The notes under the pieces: model-generated
What the model was told of the DNA's origin: nothing
Seen by the model: only the letters and a program-made list of their open reading frames with translations
Database searches by the model: none
In this document: positions 35,898-46,334 of the stretch, piece after piece
Layout: each line of letters begins with the position of its first letter
How positions within the stretch are numbered: the first letter of the stretch is position 1
Program-made: the position numbers and the translations under genes
Assembly (NCBI GenBank): GCA_938028835.1
Contig: CALIMJ010000038.1
Location: 8,808 to 72,807 of the forward strand
DNA from: an uncultured bacterium
GTDB taxonomy: Bacteria; Sysuimicrobiota; Sysuimicrobiia; Sysuimicrobiales; Sysuimicrobiaceae
DNA length: 64,000 nt
Direction: 5' to 3'

Positions 35898-38540
35898 TCA
35901 GTCGTCCTGCAGGGCTTCCCGCACCCGGGCCACCAGTTCGCTGATGAGGAACGGCTTCTGCAGGAAGCCCTTCGCCCCGCGGGCCACAGCGTCGCGGGCG
36001 GCACGCTCGTGTGTGTACCCGCTGGTCAGGAGGATCCGGGCCTCCGGGTCCAGGGTTCGCAGGGCGTCAAAGGTCTGGGTGCCGGAGAGGCCGGGCATGG
36101 TCATGTCCAGGATCACCAGGTCGATCCCCCCCGCGTGCTCCTGGTACAGGCGCAGCGCTTCCTGGCCGTCCGTGGCCACCAGCACCCGGTACCCGCGGCG
36201 GGTCAGCACGTCCCGGAGCAGGTTGCACAGAGGCTCCTCGTCGTCCACCACCAGGATGGTCTCCCCAGCTCCTCCGTCCACCTCCGCCTCCCCCGGCTCC
36301 TCGGGTTCCCCCGCGCCGCTCGCGACCGGCAGGTACATCCGCACCGCGGTGCCCTTCCCTACTTCGCTGTCCACCTCCAGAAAGCCCCCGTGGTTGCGGA
36401 CGATGCCGTACACCATGGCCAGCCCCAGCCCGGTCCCCTTTCCGGGTCCCTTGGTGGTGAAGAAGGGCTCGAACATGCGGGCCCTCACGTGCTCGTCCAT
36501 CCCCACGCCCGTGTCCCGCACGGTCAGGCACACGTACGGCCGCAGGACCGGCGGTTCCCCGGAGGTGGGGTCGGGTGCGATGACCGGTTGCAGGATCAGC
36601 TCGAGGACGCCGCCGTCCGGCATGGCGTCGCGGGCGTTCATGCACAGGTTGAGGACCGCTTGGTGGAGCTGGCTCGCGTCCCCCTCCACCATGGGCAGGT
36701 CGGAGGGGAAGCGCGTGCGCAGCTCGATGCGGGGGTCCAGGGTGCTGCGGAACAGCTCCGTCACCTCGGAGCACAGGCGGGCCAGGTCCAGGGGACGGAC
36801 CTCGAACTTACCCTTGCGGGCGAACCCCAGCAGCTGGCGGGTCAGCTCGGAGGCGCGCAGGGCAGACCGCTCCAGGACATCAAAGTACTGCTGCAGCTCC
36901 GGGCTGCTGGGCAGTTCCTCCTTCAGCAGCCCCAGGTAGCCCACGATGGTACCGAGGATGTTGTTGAAGTCGTGGGCGATGCCGCCCGCGAGGGTGCCGA
37001 TGCTCTCCATCTTCTGTGCCTGCAGGAGCTCCTCTTCCAGGCGCTTGTTGGCGGTGATGTCGCGGTACACACCGAGCACGCCCACCGGCCTTCCCTGGGC
37101 GTCCCGCTGGACCGAGAGGGAGGCGGACACCCAGCTGACTTGGCCGTCCGCGGTCCGGTGCTGCAGCTCCCCGCGCCAGATCCCGTCCCGCAGGAGGTGC
37201 TGGCGCAGGCGCGCGAGGCTGTCCCGGGCCTCGGGCTGCACCAGGGCGTCGAAGTCGCGGCCCACCACGTCGCTGGCCAGCCACCCGTACAGAGCCTCCG
37301 CGGCACGGTTCCAGTACACCACCCGCCCGTCCCAGTCCGTGGCTACGATGGCGTCCTGCACCTGTTCCAGCAGGCTGGCCTGGAAGTGCAGCATCTCCGC
37401 CACGCGCCGGTGCTCCGTGAGATCCCGCACGATCCCCAGCAACATGGGTTTGCCCCGGAGGACCACCCGGTTGGCCTGCAGCTCGCACTCCAGGCGGCTT
37501 CCGTCGGGGCGCACACCCACGAAGCCCACCGCCTCCCCAGGGGACGGGGAGGAGAGCCGTTCCCGCAGGTAGTTGGCGAGCTTGGGGTGGTCCTCGGGCG
37601 CGCACAACGCCAGGGGGCCGAGCCGGCCCACGCACTCCGCAGACGTGGTGCGGAACATCTGCAGGAACCGGCGGTTGACGAAGCGGAACAGCCCGTCCTC
37701 CAGGAGGAACACCCCGTCGGGGGATTCCTCGATGAGGGTACGGTAGCGGGCTTCCGACTCCCGCAGCTCCTCCTCCAGGTGGCGCTGCTCGGTGATGTCC
37801 AGGGCGATGGCCAGCACGAACTGGAGATGTCCCTGGGGGTGACGCATGGGTGCCAGCAGCACCTCCAGGACCCTGGAGGGGGAGGCTGGGCGGCGGGCGT
37901 CCGTGGGCGGCCACGCGAAGTTCTGCAGCTTGACCGCCTGCCCCCGCAGCGCTTCCTCCAAGGCGCTGCGGTGCTGGGGGCCGAACACGGAGCCACCCCG
38001 GAGTGCGTTGGGCGGATCCCCGGACGGAGCCGGGCCTGGACCGAACAGCTCCACCCACGCGCGGTTGGTGGCGATGACCCGGCCGTCCAAGTCGAGCGCC
38101 TGTGCGGGCAGGGGGAAGTCGTGCAGGGCCTGTCGGAGGTGGGAAGCCAGTTCCCGCGCGCCCCCCGCCCCTGGCGGTGTGATGGACCACACCAGAGACC
38201 TGCCCGCGGCCTCGGCGCGGGCGGAGGCCTGCACCACAGTCCCGTCTGCGCGGCGGAGCCCCAGCTCCCCGGTCCACCGCTTGAGCCGCCGCGCCTCCGC
38301 CAGCACGTGGAGGGCCTCGGCAGAGCCGTCCGTCAGCGCGCGGAACGGCAGGCCCACCACCGATCCTGGCTCGAGGCCCACCAGGTCGGCCGCGGGGCGG
38401 TTGGCGGCCACCACCACACCCTGCTCGTCCACCTCCAGCACCGCGTCCGAGACGGCCCGGAGCACCGCCGCTAGGCGCTCGGAAGCTTCCGCCGCCCTAG
38501 GGTCGTCGACGTGTCTTTTCCGCCGCCACAACATCCCCAC
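35898..38540 (-). CDS. Multi-PAS hybrid sensor histidine kinase with C-terminal receiver
   Basis: Four PAS-like segments, HisKA (AHDFNNILGTIVGY), HATPase_c (GTGLGLAMV), REC (ILVVDDEEPL ... DLVILDMTMPGLSG); 880 aa. Confidence 0.8.
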   Translation of the reverse strand: MGMLWRRKRHVDDPRAAEASERLAAVLRAVSDAVLEVDEQGVVVAANRPAADLVGLEPGSVVGLPFRALTDGSAEALHVLAEARRLKRWTGELGLRRADGTVVQASARAEAAGRSLVWSITPPGAGGARELASHLRQALHDFPLPAQALDLDGRVIATNRAWVELFGPGPAPSGDPPNALRGGSVFGPQHRSALEEALRGQAVKLQNFAWPPTDARRPASPSRVLEVLLAPMRHPQGHLQFVLAIALDITEQRHLEEELRESEARYRTLIEESPDGVFLLEDGLFRFVNRRFLQMFRTTSAECVGRLGPLALCAPEDHPKLANYLRERLSSPSPGEAVGFVGVRPDGSRLECELQANRVVLRGKPMLLGIVRDLTEHRRVAEMLHFQASLLEQVQDAIVATDWDGRVVYWNRAAEALYGWLASDVVGRDFDALVQPEARDSLARLRQHLLRDGIWRGELQHRTADGQVSWVSASLSVQRDAQGRPVGVLGVYRDITANKRLEEELLQAQKMESIGTLAGGIAHDFNNILGTIVGYLGLLKEELPSSPELQQYFDVLERSALRASELTRQLLGFARKGKFEVRPLDLARLCSEVTELFRSTLDPRIELRTRFPSDLPMVEGDASQLHQAVLNLCMNARDAMPDGGVLELILQPVIAPDPTSGEPPVLRPYVCLTVRDTGVGMDEHVRARMFEPFFTTKGPGKGTGLGLAMVYGIVRNHGGFLEVDSEVGKGTAVRMYLPVASGAGEPEEPGEAEVDGGAGETILVVDDEEPLCNLLRDVLTRRGYRVLVATDGQEALRLYQEHAGGIDLVILDMTMPGLSGTQTFDALRTLDPEARILLTSGYTHERAARDAVARGAKGFLQKPFLISELVARVREALQDD

Positions 38541-38573
38541 GCCCCCGGAGCAACTGGCGTGCCCGACCCGGAC

Positions 38574-39572
38574 CTACGCGTGCAGCTCCAGGATGTCCCC
38601 GTCCTCCAGCACGTGGTCCCGCCCCACCATCTGGCCGTGGTAGCCCCGGCCCCACAGACGGGCATACTTCAGTTTCTCCGCCAGCTCCTTGTGGATGACC
38701 TCCGCGGCGTCGCGCACCGTGGATCCCCGAGGCAGCACGAAGGGGGCCTGCAGGTCAGGCTTCTGGCCCGGTGGCTTGCTGTACACGCGGATCTTGTGGA
38801 GGACCGTGAAGATCCTGCCCCGCAGCTGTTCCAGGCCGTCCCCGCGCACCGCGGACACCGGCAGGGGCTGGGCCGGCAGGCGGTCGCCCAGCAGCTCGAC
38901 CAGCACGGCCAGGTTCTCCCGGGCTCCCGGCAGGTCCCACTTGTTGGCCACCACCACGGTGCGCTTGTGGGCTCCCCGCGGCAGGGAGGGATCGTCCGGG
39001 AGCTCCGCCTGCTCGCCCACCAGGAACACCCGGTTGTCCGGCAGCAGCCGCAGGGTGTCCTCCAGGTACAGGATCCCGTCGTCGCTGCAGTCGAGCACCA
39101 GCACCGCCGCGTCGGCACCCCGGATCAGGCCGTAGAGCCACCCCTCGTCGAACTCCCGGCACACCGGCGGGGTGTCCACCAGCTGCACCTGCACGTTCTC
39201 GAAGTGCATCATGCCGGGTTGGGGCACCCGCGTGGTCAGGGGATAGGGCGCCACCTCTGGCGCGGCATTGGTGAGGGCGGCCAGCAGGCTGGACTTCCCG
39301 GAGTTGGGCGGGCCCACGAGGACCACCTGGCCGGCGCCTTCCCTGGGGATGTGGAAGAACGGTTGGGCCCGGGCGCCTCCCCGACGGGTCTGCATCTCCT
39401 GGCGTAACCGGGCGATCTTGCGTTTGATGTCAGCCTGGAGCTTCTCCGTCCCCTTGTGTTTGGGCACGGTGCGCAGCATCTCCTCGAGGGCCTCCAGGCG
39501 CTCCTGCGGGGAGGCCGCCTGGCGGTATCGCTGCTCCGCGTTGAGATACTCAGGTGTCAGGTTCGCCGGCAT
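38574..39572 (-). CDS. Obg/DRG-family GTPase with C-terminal TGS domain
   Basis: G1 GPPNSGKSS, G3 DTPP, G4 NKWD, C-terminal TGS-like segment (IRVYSKPPGQ...); 332 aa. Confidence 0.65.
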   Translation of the reverse strand: MPANLTPEYLNAEQRYRQAASPQERLEALEEMLRTVPKHKGTEKLQADIKRKIARLRQEMQTRRGGARAQPFFHIPREGAGQVVLVGPPNSGKSSLLAALTNAAPEVAPYPLTTRVPQPGMMHFENVQVQLVDTPPVCREFDEGWLYGLIRGADAAVLVLDCSDDGILYLEDTLRLLPDNRVFLVGEQAELPDDPSLPRGAHKRTVVVANKWDLPGARENLAVLVELLGDRLPAQPLPVSAVRGDGLEQLRGRIFTVLHKIRVYSKPPGQKPDLQAPFVLPRGSTVRDAAEVIHKELAEKLKYARLWGRGYHGQMVGRDHVLEDGDILELHA

Positions 39573-39625
39573 CGGGGCTCCCTCTCCTCCATCGTAACGG
39601 GCGGCCTGTTGCCGCCGCGGCGGCT

Positions 39626-41830
39626 ATGATAGGTGGGATGGCGCGCGCTGTTCCGCCTAGGACGACCCGGGTACACCCCGCCCTGCGCCCGCTCCTGCGG
39701 GCTTCGGGGGTGCCGGCGCCGGGGCCCTTCGAGCCTTCCCCTTTCCAGCTGCAGGCGCTGGAGGCGTTCCGGGAGGCCGACGTCCTCGTGGAGGCGCCCA
39801 CAGGAAGCGGGAAGACGTGGATCGCGGAGCAGGCGATCCGGGAGGGGCTGGGGTCCGGGCGCAGGTGCTGGTACACCACACCCCTGAAGGCCCTGTCGAA
39901 CCAGAAGCACCGACGGTTCTGCGGGCTGTACGGGGAGGAGCGCGTGGGGCTGCTAACCGGGGAACGGCGGGTGCGGCCGGAAGCCCCGGTGGTGGTTGCC
40001 ACCACCGAGGTGCTGCGCAACACGCTGTACGACCCGCAGCAGGCGCCTGACCTGGTGGTCCTGGACGAGGCCCACTACCTCAGCGACCCGGAGCGCGGGA
40101 CCGCGTGGGAGGAGGTGATCCTGTACGCGCCCCCCACCACCCGGCTGCTGTTGCTGTCCGCCACCCTGCCGAACGCCGCCGAACTGGCGGACTGGATGGC
40201 GGAGGTCCGCGGGCGCCGGCCCGTGGTGGTCGCGGAGCGCGTGCGGCCCGTGCCCCTGGAGTTCCTGGCTGCGGACGCGGAAGGCCGACTGGTGCCCCTG
40301 GATCGGGCCACGGCGCAAGGCCGCCGGCCCCGGGACTGGGTGGCGGCCGTGATGGCGGCGCTGGAGGAGGCCGGGCTGTTGCCCGCCATTTTCTTCTTTC
40401 CCGCGCGCAGGCTGTGCGACGAGGCGGTGCAACGGCTGGGCAGGCAGGCCGCGCGGGGTGAAGGGGATCGGCGGGAGGTGTGGCGGCGGTGGGAGGAGGA
40501 GTTCCCGCACCTGCGCGGACACCCGTTCCGTGCACCCCTCCTGCGGGCAGGGGTGGCGCCGCACCACGCAGGCCACACCACCGCGTGGCGCCTGGTGGTG
40601 GAGGATCTGCTGGAAAAGGGGCTGTTGCGGGCGGTGTGCGCCACCACCACCCTGGCCGCGGGCCTCGACGTACCCGCCCGGACTGTGGTGCTGACCACCC
40701 TGGTGCGGAGCAGCCCAGAGGGGATGGTCTACCTGTCGGCGACCGAGTTCCACCAGATGACGGGACGGGCCGGCCGCCGGGGCAAGGACACGGTTGGCTT
40801 CGTGGTTCTGCCGGCCCTGGACCCAGACGAACTCGCGCAGGCGGAGGCCCTGATGGGCTCAAGCCCCGAACCCATCCGGTCCGCGTTCGCCCCCACCTAC
40901 CCGCTGGTGTTGAACTTGCTGCGGACGAGGCCCGTGGAGGCCGCGGTGGCAGAGCTGGGCCGTTCCCTGGCCGCTTATCAGCGGAGGCGCCAGGTGGAGC
41001 AGGTGCGCCGGCGCCTGGAGTCGATCCCACCGGACCCTCTAGTGGATCGGCCCTGTGGGGACCGGCTGTACACGCGGGTGCGGTACGAGCGTCTGCGGGA
41101 GCGTCCGGAAGTTCACGCGGCGGATCTGGCCGCTTGGCCCTGCCGCACCTGCCCCGTGGAGGGGCGATGCGTAGAGTCCCTGGAGGCCCTGCGGCGGATG
41201 GAGCAGCAGCGGTCCCGGTTACGCCGGGAGTTGCTGCAGCTCGAGGGCGAACTGCAGGACGTGTTCCGCGCCCGCGCGCGCGTCCTCCAGCGCCTGGGCT
41301 ACCTGGACCCCGCCTACCGGTCCACCGCGGAAGGCAACTGGGCCGCGCGGCTGCGGCACCCCAGGTGTCTGGTGCTGGCGGAGCTGGTCCGCAGGGGCCT
41401 GCTGCCCACAGACCCACACCGGCTGTGCGGCTACGCCGCGGCCCTGAGCACCGAGCGAGCTCCCCGGCTCGGCCAGGAGGCGGGTCTGGACGTGCTGGCG
41501 CGCCTGGTGGAGGCGCTGGCGGAGGTGGAGACCCAGGAGGGGCTGCCGCCGGAGGGCTTGGTGGATGAGTTCCGCCCGCAGTGGGACCGGGCCTTACGGA
41601 GGGTGCTGCCCTCCAGCGCGGACCGCCGGGCGTGGGCGGCTCAGGCGTGGAGTGCGGGAGCGGACTTTTCGGTCCTCTGCCGGGAGCTGGACGTGGCCGA
41701 GGGAGATCTGCAGCGCATCCTTCTGCAGGCGGCGGAGATCTGCAACCAGCTGGCGGAGCTGCCTCAGGCGGAGGTTTCCCGGCCCGCAACCCAGGCTCGG
41801 GACCGTCTGCTGCGGCCCCCCGTGGTCTAG
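39626..41830 (+). CDS. Ski2/HelY-like DEAD/DEAH-box helicase
   Basis: Motif I APTGSGKT, Ia TTPLKALSNQK, II DEAHY, III SAT; Ski2-type arch/C-terminal region; ~735 aa. Start is ATG 39626 or 39638. Confidence 0.75.
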   Translation: MIGGMARAVPPRTTRVHPALRPLLRASGVPAPGPFEPSPFQLQALEAFREADVLVEAPTGSGKTWIAEQAIREGLGSGRRCWYTTPLKALSNQKHRRFCGLYGEERVGLLTGERRVRPEAPVVVATTEVLRNTLYDPQQAPDLVVLDEAHYLSDPERGTAWEEVILYAPPTTRLLLLSATLPNAAELADWMAEVRGRRPVVVAERVRPVPLEFLAADAEGRLVPLDRATAQGRRPRDWVAAVMAALEEAGLLPAIFFFPARRLCDEAVQRLGRQAARGEGDRREVWRRWEEEFPHLRGHPFRAPLLRAGVAPHHAGHTTAWRLVVEDLLEKGLLRAVCATTTLAAGLDVPARTVVLTTLVRSSPEGMVYLSATEFHQMTGRAGRRGKDTVGFVVLPALDPDELAQAEALMGSSPEPIRSAFAPTYPLVLNLLRTRPVEAAVAELGRSLAAYQRRRQVEQVRRRLESIPPDPLVDRPCGDRLYTRVRYERLRERPEVHAADLAAWPCRTCPVEGRCVESLEALRRMEQQRSRLRRELLQLEGELQDVFRARARVLQRLGYLDPAYRSTAEGNWAARLRHPRCLVLAELVRRGLLPTDPHRLCGYAAALSTERAPRLGQEAGLDVLARLVEALAEVETQEGLPPEGLVDEFRPQWDRALRRVLPSSADRRAWAAQAWSAGADFSVLCRELDVAEGDLQRILLQAAEICNQLAELPQAEVSRPATQARDRLLRPPVV

Positions 41831-41851
41831 ACGCCTCGAAAGGGGGTGGGT

Positions 41852-43162
41852 CTACGGGCGCCCCGTGACGTGGAGCTGACCTGCCGGCGTGAACTGTTCG
41901 GTCTCCGTGGAGCCCGCCAGGGCCACGGTGGAGCTGACCCCCAGGGCCTGAAGCACCGTGTCGAAGTACCCGGTGCCCGCCTCCCTCTGGTGCCGGGTGG
42001 CGGTGTACCCGTCCTGCTCCATCTGGAACTCCCGCTCCTGCAACTCCACGTAGGCGGCCATCCCCCGCCGCGCGTAGTCGTGGGCCAGCTGGAAAGCGGA
42101 GGCGCAGAGCGCGTGGAAGCCTGCCAGGGTCACGAACTGGAACCGGTAGCCCAGGGCCGCTAGCTCCTGCTGGAAGCCCGCGATGGACTGCGGGTCCAGG
42201 TGCCGGCGCCAGTGGAAGCTCGGAGAGCAGTTGTAGGCCAGCAGCTTGCCCGGGAAGCGGGCGTGGATGGCCTCCGCGAAACGCGCGGCCTCCTCCAGGT
42301 CCGGCCGGGAGGTCTCAAACCACAAAAGGTCCGCGTAGGGCGCGTACGCCAGAGCGCGGTGGATGGCGGCTTCCAGCCCCGACCGGACCACATGGTAGCC
42401 CTCAGGGGTGCGCTGGCCGGTGAGGAAGGACGCGTCGTAAGGGTCCGCGTCGCTGGTGAGCAGGCGGGCGTCCCGGGCGTCGGTCCGGGCCACGAGCACC
42501 GTGGGCACGTCGCAGACATCCGCGGCCAGCCGGGCTGCCTGCAGGACCCGCACGAACTGGGCGGTGGGGACCAGGACCTTGCCGCCCAGGTGCCCGCACT
42601 TCTTTTCGGAGGCGAGCTGGTCCTCGAAGTGCACCGCAGCGGCGCCCGCCTCGATGAAGGCGCGGGTCACCTCGAAGGCGCTGAGGGGGCCACCGAATCC
42701 CGCCTCCGCGTCGGCCACGATGGGGACGAGCCAGTCGCGGTGCACCCGGCCCTCAGCCCACTCGATCTGGTCCGCCCGGCGCAGGGCGTTGTTGATCCTG
42801 CGGACCAGCGCCGGCCCGCTGGTCCACGGGTAAAGCCCGAGGTCCGGGTAGGTGGTCTCCGCCAGGTTGCTGTCCGCAGCCACCTGCCAGCCACTCAGGT
42901 AGATGGCCTGTAGCCCCGCCCGAACCATCTGTACGGCCTGCATCCCGGACAGCGCGCCTAGGGCCGCCACGAACGGTTCCTCGTGCAGTGCCCTCCACAG
43001 CCGCTCGGCGCCCCGACGGGCCAGGCTGTACTCCACGCGCACCGAGCCGCGCAGGCGCACCACGTCTCGGGCGGAGTACAGACGGCGGACTCCCCTCCAG
43101 CGAGGCTCCGTGTGCCAGCGGTGCTCGAGCTCAAACGCCTCCCGCTCCAGGGCACTCTCCAT
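41852..43162 (-). CDS. aceA: Isocitrate lyase
   Basis: ATG 43162 after GGAGGG; catalytic KKCGH motif, ICL signature; 436 aa. Confidence 0.85.
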   Translation of the reverse strand: MESALEREAFELEHRWHTEPRWRGVRRLYSARDVVRLRGSVRVEYSLARRGAERLWRALHEEPFVAALGALSGMQAVQMVRAGLQAIYLSGWQVAADSNLAETTYPDLGLYPWTSGPALVRRINNALRRADQIEWAEGRVHRDWLVPIVADAEAGFGGPLSAFEVTRAFIEAGAAAVHFEDQLASEKKCGHLGGKVLVPTAQFVRVLQAARLAADVCDVPTVLVARTDARDARLLTSDADPYDASFLTGQRTPEGYHVVRSGLEAAIHRALAYAPYADLLWFETSRPDLEEAARFAEAIHARFPGKLLAYNCSPSFHWRRHLDPQSIAGFQQELAALGYRFQFVTLAGFHALCASAFQLAHDYARRGMAAYVELQEREFQMEQDGYTATRHQREAGTGYFDTVLQALGVSSTVALAGSTETEQFTPAGQLHVTGRP

Positions 43163-43209
43163 CTCGCCCTCCTGACCTGGGACTCGTTGTCGACCGGGGA
43201 AGGGGACGG

Positions 43210-43389
43210 CTAGGACGCTTCCGGCAGGGCCGCCAGCTCCGCTTCCAGCTCCCCGAGCGCCGCGCACGCCGCGCAGTAGGCGGTCCCCTCGGGGGTGTAC
43301 GCACAGTTCGGGCAGCAGGGAGCGCCACAGCTCTGGCAGGTCCACGCCTCGAACCAGCGCACCGTCCTTCCACACCAACACGTCGCCAT
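43210..43389 (-). CDS. Small Cys-rich zinc-ribbon-like protein (59 aa)
   Basis: ATG 43389 5 nt after GAGGTGA; 9 Cys in 35 aa (CWCGRTV...[14 protein letters not shown]...YCAAC), then a short helical tail; 47 nt upstream of aceA. Confidence 0.45.
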   Translation of the reverse strand: MATCWCGRTVRWFEAWTCQSCGAPCCPNCAYTPEGTAYCAACAALGELEAELAALPEAS

Positions 43390-43545
43390 GGCAGTCACCT
43401 CGCCCCTACTGTGCGCGCCCGGCCCGGCGACCCTCCACGGCCCGGCGACCAACTCCCCCGAGCGGGGGGCGAATGGTTCAAAAACGGTGATGAGTGGGCG
43501 CACCCGCAAGGGCCTCAGATAAACGTTGTTGATCAGTCGCTGGTC

Positions 43546-44253
43546 CTAAAGGTGCAGCAGCAGGCGGAGGGTTCGGGCCGCGGATCGGCTCACGGGGATC
43601 TCAGTTCCGCGGTCGTCGTCCAGCTTGAGCAGCAGTGTCCCGGAGAAGTAGGGGTGGACCTCCCGGACGCAATCCAGGTTCACCACGTAGCTGCGGTGTA
43701 CCCGGACGAACTGGGCGGAGGGCAGCCGGCGTTGCAGGTGGCCCACGTTGCAGCTGGCCTCTACCGTCCCGTTCCGCGTGACGACCCGGCAGGTGTCGCC
43801 CTGCGCCTGCACGTACAGGATGTCGGAGGGGTCTACGAGCACCACGTGGTCGCCCGTGGGTACCGCCACCCGGGAAGCGGGGACCGGCTCTTCCTGCAAC
43901 AGCCGCTCCAGGGTCTTCCGCAACCGGGTGCGGTCCACGGGCTTGAGCAGGTAGTCAAAGGCCGCGGCCTCGAAGGCCTCCAGAGCGTGGTCCTCGAACC
44001 CCGAGACCAGCACGACCCGGGGTTTGCGGGGTAACGCAGCCAGTCTCCGGAGCAGGTCCAGGCCGGAAAGCCCGGGCATCCGGATGTCGAGGAACAGGGC
44101 GTCCACGGGCCCCTCGCGCAGCCGTTCCAGGGCGGCCTCCGCCGAGTCCACGGATTCCACGTCCTCCTGCCCCTCTTCCCGGAGCAGCTCTTCCAGGTAG
44201 CGGCGGGCTTCCGGGTCGTCGTCGGCCACCAGCAGCCGGAGGCGGCGGGTCAC
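43546..44253 (-). CDS. LytTR-family response regulator
   Basis: GTG 44253 overlaps kinase stop (GTGA); REC (RLLVADDD ... DALFLDIRMPGLSG) plus LytTR DNA-binding domain; 235 aa. Confidence 0.8.
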   Translation of the reverse strand: MTRRLRLLVADDDPEARRYLEELLREEGQEDVESVDSAEAALERLREGPVDALFLDIRMPGLSGLDLLRRLAALPRKPRVVLVSGFEDHALEAFEAAAFDYLLKPVDRTRLRKTLERLLQEEPVPASRVAVPTGDHVVLVDPSDILYVQAQGDTCRVVTRNGTVEASCNVGHLQRRLPSAQFVRVHRSYVVNLDCVREVHPYFSGTLLLKLDDDRGTEIPVSRSAARTLRLLLHL

Positions 44254-45386
44254 GACCTTCCCTCCACACGCCGCGGCAGCCATACGGTCACCCGGGTGCC
44301 GCGGCCCTCCTCGCTCTCCACCCGCAGGCCCGCCGCCTCTCCGTAGATGGCCCGCAGCCTGCGCTGCACGTTGAACAGCCCGATCCCCAACCCCGACCCG
44401 ACTCCCCGCTCGGTGACCACCTGCAGGCGGCCTTCCGGGATGCCCACCCCGTCGTCCTCTACCACCAGGACTAGGTCGTCCCCCCGTACCCCAGCCTGCA
44501 CCCGGACCGTCCCGGAGCCCGTCTTCGGCTCCACCCCGTGCACCACGGCGTTTTCCACCAACGGCTGCACGGTCAGGACGGGGACCAGCTCGCCCAGCAG
44601 GTCCCCGGGCACGTCCACCTGCGCCCGGAGGCGCGACCCCAGCCGGGCCCGCTCGATGGCCAGGTACTGCTCCACGTACCACAGCTCTTCCTCCAGGGTG
44701 CAGAACTCCCCGTGGGAGCGGAGCGCGTGCCGCAAGAACTCTGCGAAGTCGGTGAGCAGCCTGCGGGCCCGCTCGGGATCCCGGCCCACCACCGCAGCCA
44801 CCGAGTGGAGGGTGTTGAACACGAAGTGCGGGGAGATCTCCGCCCGCAGGGCCCGCAGCTCTTCTCGAGTAAGCCGCTCCACCTCCGCGTCCAGGAGGGC
44901 CAGCTCCAGCTGGGCGCCCAGCAGGTCACCCACCAGGGCTGCCCCCTCCACCACCTCCTGAGCGAAGGGACGGCCGTCGGTGCGGTAGAACTTGAGGGCC
45001 GCCGGCACCATCCCGCGGACCCGCAGGGGGACCACCAGGGCTGCCGTGAGGGGGCAGCGCGGCTCCGGGCAGCCGATCTCCTCTCGGGTGTGCGCCACCT
45101 GTACCTGGCCAGTGCGGAGGACGCGTTTGGTGAACTCCGTGGTGACGGGCTGGCCCGCTACGTGGTGGTCGTCGCCTGCGCCCACGAAGGCCAGGACCTG
45201 AGCTCGGCCCACTAGGGCCACGGCGTCCGCGCCCACGGCCTCACGCAGCATGCGGGCTACCTCCGCGGCGGCCTCTCGGGTGAGGCCGCGGCGGAAGACG
45301 TCTCGGGCCTGCCGGCTGACCTCCACCAGCTTCTGCACGGTGGGGACCAGCAGGGCCCGGTGGAGGCCGTCCACCACCCGTGGCAT
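44250..45386 (-). CDS. Cytoplasmic GAF-domain sensor histidine kinase (LytS/YehU-type His_kinase + HATPase_c)
   Basis: GAF-like N-terminal half, H-box EISPHFVFNTLHSVA, HATPase (GVGSGLGIGLFNVQRRL); no TM segments; 378 aa. Confidence 0.75.
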   Translation of the reverse strand: MPRVVDGLHRALLVPTVQKLVEVSRQARDVFRRGLTREAAAEVARMLREAVGADAVALVGRAQVLAFVGAGDDHHVAGQPVTTEFTKRVLRTGQVQVAHTREEIGCPEPRCPLTAALVVPLRVRGMVPAALKFYRTDGRPFAQEVVEGAALVGDLLGAQLELALLDAEVERLTREELRALRAEISPHFVFNTLHSVAAVVGRDPERARRLLTDFAEFLRHALRSHGEFCTLEEELWYVEQYLAIERARLGSRLRAQVDVPGDLLGELVPVLTVQPLVENAVVHGVEPKTGSGTVRVQAGVRGDDLVLVVEDDGVGIPEGRLQVVTERGVGSGLGIGLFNVQRRLRAIYGEAAGLRVESEEGRGTRVTVWLPRRVEGRS

Positions 45387-45512
45387 GCCAGCCAGCTCCT
45401 GCGTTTACCAGGATAGCGCGCCCGCAGGCGAGCCTGGGCCCAACTTTATTTATCCACCGGCGCGATGCCGCCCACAGGAACCGCCGGCTGGGCCTCGAAA
45501 ACTCTCCTAACC

Positions 45513-46334
45513 ATGAGGCAGGCAGAGGGCGAGCGCACGTTCGGATTCGAGAAGTTCAGCAGCCACGGGTTCTTCCGTGAGGTCAACCGCTGGTTGGTGG
45601 AGCACGTCGGCATCCGACCGGGAGACACGGTGGTGGACTTGGGCTGCGGGCCTGGCGCCGTTACGCAGCTCATCCTGGAGCACGTGGACCCACAGGCGGG
45701 CGCGGTGGTCTATGCCATCGACCCTTCGCCCTCCGCGCTGGAAACCGCGCGCCAACGCATCCGGTCCGCCGTGGTGCGGTTCCTGGAGGGGACCGCGGAG
45801 CGGCTCAGCCAGCTGGTACCCGCCGCGGACGTGGTGCTGTTCTGCAACGCCATCCACCTCGTGCAGGACAAGGTTCAGGTGGTGCGGGAAGCCCTGGCCG
45901 TCCTGCGCCCGGGTGGCGTGTTCGGCTTCAACACCACCTTCTTCGAGGGCGCCTACCCTCCCGAGACGCTGCGGTTCTACAAGCTGTGGATGCTGCGGGC
46001 GGTCCGGCACCTGAAGGAACGCGGCCTGGAGGTCGCCAGGGGCGTGAAGGCCACCGCCATGCGCTGGCTGACTCCGGAGGAGTACGAGGAGCTCCTGCGG
46101 GCGAACGGGTTCGGGGACGTACGCGTCCACCTGCAGCGGCAGGAGCTGTCCTGCCAGAGCCTGGAAGACATCAGCGAGTTCTCCCTGTTCATCGAGGGCG
46201 CGCTGCCCGGTGTGCCGCTCCAGGAGGCGTGCGAAGCCCTCAAGCTGGGCGTCCGGCAGGCGTTTCAGGAGATGGCCCTGGCCGCGGTGCCCCGCAATTG
46301 GCTCCAGGTCATCGCCCGGCGCGGCACCCGCTGA
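45513..46334 (+). CDS. Class I SAM-dependent methyltransferase
   Basis: Motif I VVDLGCGPG, motif post-I, LRPGGVF; longest ORF begins at 45465. Confidence 0.65.
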   Translation: MRQAEGERTFGFEKFSSHGFFREVNRWLVEHVGIRPGDTVVDLGCGPGAVTQLILEHVDPQAGAVVYAIDPSPSALETARQRIRSAVVRFLEGTAERLSQLVPAADVVLFCNAIHLVQDKVQVVREALAVLRPGGVFGFNTTFFEGAYPPETLRFYKLWMLRAVRHLKERGLEVARGVKATAMRWLTPEEYEELLRANGFGDVRVHLQRQELSCQSLEDISEFSLFIEGALPGVPLQEACEALKLGVRQAFQEMALAAVPRNWLQVIARRGTR

